A stretch of DNA of 32,000 nt, taken from positions 660,001 through 692,000 of the forward strand of contig NC_002677.1 in the NCBI RefSeq assembly GCF_000195855.1, in the 5' to 3' direction. The notes under the pieces are model-generated. The model saw nothing but the letters and a program-made list of their open reading frames with translations, did no database searches and was not told the origin of the DNA. Origin of the DNA: Mycobacterium leprae TN. GTDB lineage: Bacteria; Actinomycetota; Actinomycetes; Mycobacteriales; Mycobacteriaceae. Made by a program: the position numbers and the translations under genes. Shown here piece after piece: positions 23,866-32,000 of the stretch (its first letter is position 1; each line of letters opens with the position of its first letter).

Positions 23866-24640
23866 ATGAAGCAGCTTTCGAGTGTTGATGTGGCGTTTTG
23901 GTCTGCAGAGACAGCGTTATGGCACATGCATGTTGGTGCGTTGACGATCTGCGATCCCACTAACGCTCCCGATTACAGCTTTCAGAGACTCCGCGATCTG
24001 ATCAACGAGCGGCTGTCTGAGTTACTGCAGTTGCGGTGGCGGGTTATCGGCGTCCTAGCCCGGGCTGGACCGGCTGCGGTTTGTTGAAGACGACGACTTT
24101 GACGTCGACTTCTACGTTCTCCCGTACCGGTTCCTGGTCTTGGATGTCGACGTGAACTTGACGAGCTCGCGGACCGGCCTGATGTCCTACAAAACTAGAC
24201 CGCTCACGATCGTTGTGGGAACTCTGGGTGATCGAGGACGTCAGCGGTGGCCGCATCGCGACGCTGACCAAAATGCGTGTCATGCCATCGTTGATGGGGT
24301 CTAGGGCGTCTTCTGGGACTGCTAATCCAATGTAGATGACGGGTTGATAAAATACCAAAAAGCGATCGTCATAGCCGAAGTTGGAGGCAATACCCAAAGC
24401 CCCCGGCTTTCTGGGCTTAGCGCTCGTAAAAGAACAGAACTGGCAAAGGAGCCAGGGAGTGATCGAAAACCTGCAGCGGCGATTTCCCGTTCCGGTCTTG
24501 GGCGTGGTTGCCCAGATCTCTTTACTAGGGGCGCGGTCCGTGGTCCGGTAGGACCGGAGGAGCCTCGTGTGGCAGCATCGAGTAAGGATCCGCGCGTGGT
24601 GAGGAGTCGGGCGCAAAACTCCAGACCGGTGCCTAGATTT
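23866..24640 (+). pseudogene. WS/DGAT-type wax ester/triacylglycerol synthase pseudogene (Rv1425-like)
   Basis: ATG 23866 '[50 protein letters not shown]', then frameshifted '[13 protein letters not shown]' and '[12 protein letters not shown](H)A..DGV', an eroded HHxxxDG active-site region. Boundaries approximate. Confidence 0.8.
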
Positions 24641-24722
24641 GTATTATCTGGGGAGACGTCGTTGTGCGCTAACGGAATACATTGAATTCGCCAATTGGTT
24701 GGACACGTAGAATGAGGCTGCC

Positions 24723-26000
24723 GTGGGATTCATTACACCGGAGCTTCCGGACGTCGATCGTGACACCTGGCAGACCGCGCCGCGGGCAAGGCGGCTGCAA
24801 GTTGTGACCTAACACTGGGTTCAACACGGCTTCGGAACTCCCTTGCGGTGTATCTGCTGTTCCTGCTCAAGAATCGCGGTGTATACTGTCGCCCCTGCCG
24901 TGATCATTTCTCATTCCCTGGGCTATCCCTTGGCCTGGGCGGCCTGGGTCACATCGGCGACTGGTGGATACAGACAATCCTGTACCAGGAAGTCATCGTT
25001 TTCACGTTGCTGTTCGAGGTTTTAGGCCCCGGTTGCGTATTCGGCTCGCTGACCGGTAGGTTCATTCCACCGATCGGTGGTTGCTTTTATTAGTTGCTGC
25101 CCAAAATAATTCGACTTCCGACTTGGCCAGTCAAGGTTCTACTCACCAGTGGTGATATTCGTGGCAGTGCCGGTGTCGTACTCTACGGTCATCGTGTTGC
25201 TCGGCGGAACGTAGACACTGTTGTCACCCGGCTAATCGATCAAGGCGGGCTCGGTCTCACCGCTGCGGGCAACGTCGGCTTGATCAACCCCGTTCTGGTG
25301 GTGCCGACCATTGGCGTGTTGGTGCTGTTAGGTCTGCGTGCCAGAGCCATTTTTTTCTGGTTGCTCGTGGAGAGCGTTATTGGCTGAAATTTTTCGTGTT
25401 CTTTTCCCGTTCATCGATCAAATTGTAGCTTTCAGGCGCATCATGCTTGCGCAGAGATGGGGAAAGGTGAATCACCACTTCCCGTACGTCGTTGCAGTGA
25501 TGAACAGCAATAATGCGTTACTGCGAAGCAAGCTGTTTAACCCGATCAAGCACATGTTCTAGATCGACCCGATCAACGACCTGCGCCCCTCCTAGTTACC
25601 GAAGTTGATGGCCAATGTCTGTGGCACCACCGCGGAATTTCTTGCTCCGGGATTCTGGTCCTGGACACTGGTGGTGAACTGTGGTGGTTTCTTATCGGTT
25701 TCATGGTGATTTTCCGATTCAAACATCCTGTCCAACTTCCCGATGGTAGTTCCGTTGGAGCGGGACGTGTTCTTTATTTTACCTCTTCGGACACTATGAC
25801 TCGACCCGTGCCGCCGACCTTCGGCGACCGCTGCGTGTTGGCTCTGGTGATCGCCGCGGTGGCCGTAATGATCGGGGAACCCGTTACCGGAAAAAAATTT
25901 GGTTCCTGTCCGCAATGCACTACCCCTGTCGGAAACAGGGCCACCAGCTTGTCGTGTTTCCGCTTTGACGCTGAAGAAATAGTGGAGAGACCAAAGTAAA
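24723..26000 (+). pseudogene. Pseudogene of a DUF3556-type multi-pass membrane protein
   Basis: GTG 24723 'VGFITPELPDVDRDTWQTAPRARRLQVVT*' (in-frame TAA 24810-24812). It continues across frames: 'YLLFLLKNRGVY', 'GLGGLGHIGDWWIQTILYQEVIVFTLLFEVLGPGCVFGSLTGRFIPPIGG', 'IIRLPTWPVKV'. The family name is recalled, not searched. Confidence 0.7.
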
Positions 26001-26015
26001 AATAGTGGAGAGATC
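25980..26015. repeat. Short direct repeat AATAGTGGAGAGA, 23-bp period
   Basis: AATAGTGGAGAGA at 25980-25992 and 26003-26015. Confidence 0.85.
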
Positions 26016-26812
26016 AATATTGTCAACAGCTCCGCGCTCGTTGCCAATCAGCTGGCCAAGCTGTACAGGAGTGGCTGACCAGACCAAATGATGTCAGACT
26101 AGATGACAGGGTTCCGCGCGATGAACACGTATAGCCGGGTGCTCAGCGGGCTGTCGCCCCGATAATAGGCAATTAAGCCGGCTACCGTGTTCGTCGAGGG
26201 CGAAATAGTTGCCGGGTCGCTTGGTCAGTCTGGAACTTAAGTGAAGGTCACCTGCACAGCGAGCAGTTACGGGCCGCGCTGTAGCGGCGGTGCAACTTCG
26301 ACGAGGGTGACGTCCGTGTCATTATCCGCGAAGGGCAACCGATCCATATCTAGATCCATATCTAAAAGCAGAGGTAACGCATTCTCGACGCCAACACCGC
26401 CGCGGTGATTAGAGGCGGGTTACGTCGAGGTCGCGTACATGCTGACCCGCCAGCCGCGGCTCGAGCCGGGTGATGAATTCCCCATCCACGCTAACAACGT
26501 AACTTAGCTCTTACGGCAGGTGATGACGATGGGCGGTTGGTCAGGTCCTGGGCCCACGGTTGGGCACGTCCAACGACGCCATCAGTCATTGTGTGGAAAA
26601 GACACGGTTACGGCATGGTTTGTATTTCACATCGGTTCTGCAATTGTTCTACATCGATTAGACAACCAATTCGTAGTCTACCTAGGCAAGATGTCGGCAC
26701 AAACGCTAAGGTGCTGTTTAGCCGCGATTAGCGGAGGTATATTGGGTATGAAAAAAGGACACAAAGGATACAGGGAGTTAGCGACAAATAAGGGAAAATA
26801 AGGGAGTTAGCG

Positions 26813-27406
26813 TTGAAGGTTTTTGATCGATTCAACACCGCAATACTTGTCAGCGCCGGGTTGTGCGGGGCCGCTTTGGCGTTCAGTCCCAGCGCAGCGG
26901 CTGCACCGCTGTCAATGCCAACGGGCGGTCCCACATGCATTGAGCAGATGGCCGGTCTGGGTGCTGTGCCTGCAGCCGTTCCGGCGGTTCTGCCTGGTCC
27001 GGTCGCAGGGGCCGTGCCGTCTGTACCGGTGGTGCCGTCTGGTGGGTTTCCCCCGGTGGTGCCGCCTGGTGGGTTTCCCCCGGTGGTGCCGCCTGGTGGG
27101 TTTCTCCCGGTGGTGCCGCCTGGTGGGTTTCCCCCGGTGGTGCCGCCTGGTGGGTTTCCCCCGGTGGTGCCGCCTGGGGTTGCTCCGGCAGTAGGACCTC
27201 TACTGGCTGAGGATTCGGCGGCTTTGGGGAGTGGGATTTTGGCGGGTAAGGGCGTGCCGACTGCTTCGCCGCAGGCGGCTTTGTCTGGTTTAGTGGTTCT
27301 GCCCGGTCCGCCTGCCAGCGTCGAGGCGCCTCCTGCCGCCGCACCCGTGGTGGCGGCTGCCACGCCTCTTTTGTGCTGTGGGGAGGCGGCACCACCGGTC
27401 AGGTAG
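26813..27406 (+). CDS. Secreted Pro/Gly/Val-rich protein with a nonapeptide repeat
   Basis: 197-aa ORF with signal peptide 'MKVFDRFNTAILVSAGLCGAALAFSPSAAAAPLS' (AxA cleavage) and repeat 'GGFPPVVPP'. Resembles the Rv1435c type of proline/glycine/valine-rich secreted protein. Confidence 0.8.
   Translation: MKVFDRFNTAILVSAGLCGAALAFSPSAAAAPLSMPTGGPTCIEQMAGLGAVPAAVPAVLPGPVAGAVPSVPVVPSGGFPPVVPPGGFPPVVPPGGFLPVVPPGGFPPVVPPGGFPPVVPPGVAPAVGPLLAEDSAALGSGILAGKGVPTASPQAALSGLVVLPGPPASVEAPPAAAPVVAAATPLLCCGEAAPPVR
27041..27175 (+). repeat. Five-copy 27-bp minisatellite (VNTR) inside the secreted-protein ORF
   Basis: Unit GGTGGGTTTCCCCCGGTGGTGCCGCCT at 27041, 27068, 27095, 27122 and 27149. Copy 3 has one C-to-T change (GGFLPVVPP). 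A partial degenerate unit lies just upstream. Confidence 0.97.
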
Positions 27407-28229
27407 TTCTGATTCGTAGGTGTCAGTGGTTCGGTTGGGTTAGCCGTTCGCAGATGTGTTGCAGCGGCCCGAATGGGCCTGGCCTTGCCTAATTCCCGGC
27501 CTCTCGGTGGGGGTGGCTTACCTGCCGGTTGGATACGATTTCGTTGCGTGATTGAAATGCTAAAATTAACGTATCTCTTTGACAGTCCGTGTCTGCTAGT
27601 ACTAGGAGACACAGATGTGTCAGCCATAGCGGCTAAATAAGAGGGGTCTGTAGCTTGTCGGTACTTATGGGGATCCTGTTGGTAAGATTTGCTGCCGGTA
27701 GCAAGGCATAGACGGGCCATGGTAATTAAATTATGTTAGGGTTGCGCGATAGACCGGACGCCACCGACGTCGATGTTGGTCGGGAAGGTCCTCAATCTGC
27801 GGCAGAGTGACTCCCCAGGGTTGCGCACCCCAGCCCGGTGATGTGTCCCTGGGGTTGTATGGGTTTCGGGGGGCTCCGGTCGGACGGGGTGAGACCCGTG
27901 ACCGGGAAGAGCGGCGCTGATGTATGAGATATATGAACCGTGTATGCAGTTGGTTGGCCTATGCTGGGCGGTCGAATGACCATAGTCCATCATGGCCATA
28001 GCGTGATTTGTTAGCGATGTCCTGTCCGTGTTGGCGCTCATCGAAAGCAACCCAGTTTTGCTCAATGAAAATTGACCGCTTTGGCCCTTGTTCGGGGTAG
28101 TGCTATGTGATCGCTTCCTGGGGTTTGGATCCGTGTGGTGTCGTCAGTGTTGACCGTGATGGCGGTGCCCACAACTGAGACAGTTGGCAATGGTCATGGT
28201 TTGGCCTCGGGGTGCAACGCGCTGTTAAG

Positions 28230-28949
28230 CGCATCCCTGCTTTGCTGGTGAGCACGCATCCGATATGGTGGACATCGATGTAGACCACTATCTCGTTGTG
28301 CAACAATCGATCTAAAACCGCAGCGACGAATAGCGGGTTGCAGAGGTGCTCAGCACTACACGGCTATGCCGGTATGCAAGGTGAAAATTGTCGATGATTT
28401 CAGGTAGTGATGAGCAATCACTTCGAAGAGCGCGGTGTTGGCTTCGGAATCGGGATTGTGGAGGGGCCCGCATTCGTCGATGATCAGTAACCGTGGACCG
28501 GACAAGAACCGCATGCGAGTGGTCCACTGGCCTTCGAGTGCAACCTTTGTGGCAACGCTTGGTCACACCATCGACAGGCGGTGGTGAAGTAGACGCGATG
28601 ATCGGTCTGGACTGCCGCACGGGCCAACTCGGTGGCCAGCATAGTCTTGCCGGTACCCGGTGGCACGACAAAAATCACATTGCCGATGTTGTCGAGGAGC
28701 CGTAACGAAGCCAGCTCGCGGATGAGTTCTCAAGCAACGCCGGGCTGGGCGATGAAATCGAACTCATCGAAACGGAAGTCGGTTGGCAGATAAACCAACT
28801 ACTAATAGCTGTTCGAGCATGGCCACTGTAGACAGATCCTGATACAGTCCGTCATCCAACATCCCTGTCTGCACCTCGGTCGCCGCGGAAGCCGAAGTAC
28901 GTGCAGATAATCGCGTAGGGGGAGGCCTGGCTATTGTGGTGGTGCTCAT
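28230..28949 (-). pseudogene. IS21-family IstB-like ATP-binding helper, degraded
   Basis: Minus-strand fragments in istB order: 'MLEQLLVVGLSANRLPFRFDEFDFIAQPG', 'IFVVPPGTGKTMLATELARAAVQTDHRVYFTTA' (Walker A), 'LLIIDECGPLHNPDSEANTALFEVIAHHY' (Walker B), 'FVAAVLDRLLHNEIVVYID'. Confidence 0.75.
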
Positions 28950-28984
28950 AGGTTCTGTCCCTGTATTATTGGTCGGGGTGATTG

Positions 28985-29500
28985 CGGTGTAGCGCGACAT
29001 CGGTCACTACCTGCTCAGCTGGGCAGCGTCTGGTTGTTCTGTCGGATCCGGTCGGCCGTGGCCAGCTCCTGCGCGGTGGTTCGGTGTCGGTGTTTGCGTC
29101 GACATCTAGGCCTGTCGGACAATTGGTCAGCATAACCTTCTTCGGGGCTACTACATGATAAGCGGCGCACACCACCGTGCCGGCGCTATCAGGTGTGCGG
29201 TGGTGCCGGGCCAGCATCACCCCGGTGTAGGTGACCACGTCCAACTTCAACTCACCGCACAGTTGACAAACCAGCAGACGTCGGCCTGCGTTACTCGGGT
29301 GGCATCGAATAGCTTTTGGCGCGGAACGAAATCCGTGCCTGGTTGTGCATCGTGCGCCACCAGTATTGAGCGATCATCGCGACCACCGCGCCCTTGCACC
29401 AGGCGTGATAGGCGTGGGCACACGTCAATACCGACCGTATAGTTACGGGTGATTGGCTCAAACAACATCTAAAGTCGGCTACTGTGCGGCTAGGCCACCG
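28985..29500 (-). mobile_element. Probable IstA (IS21-type transposase) C-terminal remnant adjoining istB
   Basis: Minus-strand 'VVTYTGVMLARHHRTPDSAGTVVCAAYHVVAPKKVMLTNCPTG' resembles the C-terminal part of IS21-type IstA proteins (VLARHRR..DGAGTVV...) and lies directly upstream of istB in the same orientation. Confidence 0.5.
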
Positions 29501-30429
29501 TGAGCATCCAGTCAAAGTGCCACCATGTCCAAGCTCTCCGCCAGATGCGGCTGATTGGTCAACTCAGTTAGCCGCGTCCCTAATGCGACAAACGTCCCAA
29601 TCAGCACACTGGCCGTTTTACCTCAGCCCTCACAAGGCCGCAGGATCGGAAAATGCCACCCAATCCCATTGGTTTTCAGCACCCAATGGATGCTCGATCA
29701 CCGCCCGATCGGGCCTTCGGATCTGCTTGTATAACGGCGCAGCGGGCACAACGCTCGTTTGCGAAGCACTCGAGTAAACACCGAATACAGTCTAGTGCAA
29801 CCCAGTGTGGTGACCTCGTTGAATAACGTGGTAGTCGCACAGATGCGGATCGGCTGCCAATCGCAGCTGACGTTACTCGACATACTGAGCCAACGGGCCC
29901 AGCGTCCAGCGGGCTTGCCAGTGGAAATCTGTTCACTAGCCAGATATCCGCGCACCGTGACCTGGGTTACTCCTAAATGGTAAATGGTGGGCGATCGGGT
30001 TGACTGTCCAGCCCTGTTTATTTAGTTCCTGTACTTACACAACGAACTCTCATGCGAACATCCGAGACATGTTCCCTTCTAATTACTTTCGTAATCCAAC
30101 GCTCACAGCCAAGACTGGGTCTACCTACAACCAGCGGATTGCAAACGGCGAGTCGCCTCTAGGGGATAGTCACTTTCGATGAGTAGGATTGTCGCTTTAT
30201 AAATTGAGCGGCGGGAGGCCTTGAGTACAGCCGCTGCTATACCATGCACCGAGTACGGCCTACACATTGCCCATTTCCTGACCTGCGTGCATGACCGATT
30301 CCTAATCTATCGTCCTGATACACCTCACTGACTACACCGGTACGCCACCACTGCAAGTAGCTTCGTGCCCCTACAACATTACTTTCGGAAATTTCAGCCA
30401 CACAATACGGCTGTTGAATTGTTTCTTGG

Positions 30430-31640
30430 TTTCGCTGGAGGCTTTTTGTACAGGGAGAGGGTAAGTATGGATGGCATCACAGTGGAAGTACTCGCGGGAG
30501 TTGTGGGAGCGGCAACGAGGATAGCGGGAGAAGTCAGGTGGGCTCCGGTGGTAGCCAGAGGCGCGATTAGGCCGAGCGTGAGCGTGAAGTGCAAGAATTG
30601 AAGCTTGTCAACGAGATTCTGCGAATAGCGAACGCGTTTTTCACCGCGGCGGAAGTCGATCGCCGACTGCGGTGATCCTTTCGCGCGCAATTCTTTGCAG
30701 AGTACATCAATGTCCACCGCGAAGAATGCGGGTCGATCCAATCTGTCATGTACATGTTTGAGCAGGCTGACGTGCAGGTCCCCCCGTCTACCTACTACAC
30801 CGTCAAGCAGCAGGGTTTTGTGCGGGCAGCCGATCTTACCGACACGTACGACGGCAAGATCCTGTTTGATCTGTGGATGGCTAACCTACCGATCTTACTG
30901 TGTGCACAGGCTTTAGCCCGCCACTACACACGCAGGTCACAGTTGAGGTCCAGACAGGGCGACACGGCTGATGTGTATCGCCGGTATTGACGATGTAGGC
31001 TGCAATAAGTGCAGCATTCGTACGACTGAGTACGACAAGTCTTCGCCGCCGCAGCATCCCGACCGGCTCGATCGTTCCTGCTCAATGCTGTCATTACCCG
31101 GATCAGTGGCAGGTAAGGGATTGCACATATGTGTGGACGCTGCAAAGGGTGTGCCATACCACGTTTTGTGTGGACGTGTTCTCCCACCCCATCCTGGGCT
31201 GGCAGGTGATGACCAGCAAGACCGCGGGTGCTTGGTCACATCGGTGCTTGAGCAGACGCTACTCACCCCCTATTGCACATAGCTCCATTCTCTATAACCG
31301 ATTTGATTCATCACTTGGACGCGGGATCAATATACGTCGATCGCGTTCACCGAGGCGCTGCACGAGGCCGGTATCGCCGGATCCATCAGCAGTGTCGGCG
31401 ACGCTTTGGACAACGTGTTTATGGATTCTGCTATAGGGACGGTACAAATCTGAATTAATCGACCAACATGCGACCTTCACCGGTCGCGTCGAACTGGAAC
31501 GGGAAACCACCTCCTGGGTGCACTAGTACAACACGATCGAGACTCCACCTCATCAATATCAATCCAATACCGACCACCAGTCGCATACGAACAGCGCTAC
31601 CAGCAGACAGCCACCCCGACCGAAGTGACATGAACCAATA
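30430..31640 (+). mobile_element. IS3-family insertion sequence remnant (orfA 3' part plus degraded orfB with DDE-domain fragments)
   Basis: 'LKLVNEILRIANAFFTAAEVDRRLR' (orfA/orfB junction motif), 'VPPSTYY', 'GKGLHICVD'/'RDCTYVWTLQRVCHTTFCVDVFSHPILGWQVMTSKTAG', 'IHHLDAGSIYV...EALHEAGIAGSISSVGDALDNVFMDSAIGT', with 'PPVAYE' near the 3' end. Multiple frameshifts. Terminal repeats not identified. Confidence 0.82.
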
Positions 31641-32000
31641 ATCTCCGACAGCTCCAGAACAGTTCCTTCGCCGCATAACACCAACGACCTACTTCGAAGT
31701 TCCTGCTGCCTGTTTACACAAAAATTGAGTTAACCTCGGTTTTTATATTTTGAGCGGAGCCGAGCTATTCTGGTTACATCGCGCATCTGATCACTGAAAT
31801 GGGCTGTGCTGCGGAAAAAGATCGGCGTTGAAAGACATGCCAGATCACATCGAAGGTAGCCAGAATTTTTGGTTACTCCAGAATCGTATTAATTCTGCGT
31901 CTACATCAGTTCAGAAGGCTTTATGGAGCAGTAACTTTAGCTTAGCCCGCTACGTAAAACTCGAGGGAATTGTAAGCGAATGACAGGCGCGTTCGTTGAC

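Noticed and set aside
24044-24616. 190-aa minus-strand ORF
   Set aside because: Lies over the WS/DGAT pseudogene, whose plus-strand fragments are recognisable. The antisense product matches nothing I know.
27041-27175. Could the regular 27-bp repeats be a CRISPR array?
   Set aside because: The units are contiguous with no spacers and translate in-frame as GGFPPVVPP; no cas genes nearby.
26728-27720. 330-aa minus-strand ORF across the 27-bp repeat
   Set aside because: Antisense of the secreted-protein ORF. Its PPGGTTGGN repeat is a mirror of the tandem repeat, and it lacks a family match. The plus-strand ORF has a signal peptide.

Overview
The window is a mycobacterial chromosomal segment whose content and decay pattern match Mycobacterium leprae. 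Intact genes sit between long stretches of frameshifted pseudogenes. Gene order is colinear with the M. tuberculosis Rv1392-Rv1425 region. Intact or near-intact genes: metK (3' part), a helicase-motif-lacking priA, a MarR regulator, a SAM methyltransferase, fmt, rpe, ribG, P55 (MFS efflux), lprG, ribC, ribA2, ribH, a PH-domain membrane protein, uvrC, rapZ, yvcK-like, whiA, and a secreted Pro/Gly/Val-rich protein with five 27-bp tandem repeats. Recognisable pseudogenes: a PNPOx-like protein, two tandem lipH/lipI-type esterases, a methyltransferase paralogue, fmu/rsmB, a WS/DGAT acyltransferase, a DUF3556-type membrane protein, an IS21-type istB/istA remnant and an IS3-family orfA/orfB remnant. 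I found no CRISPR array, no RNA gene, and no convincing previously undescribed multi-gene system. The best leads are the MarR/methyltransferase module with a perfect 37-bp AT-rich tandem duplication at the regulator's 3' end, an inverted repeat immediately upstream of uvrC, the 27-bp minisatellite, and the IS remnants in the degraded right-hand end. All homology statements come from recalled family sequences, not from a search.
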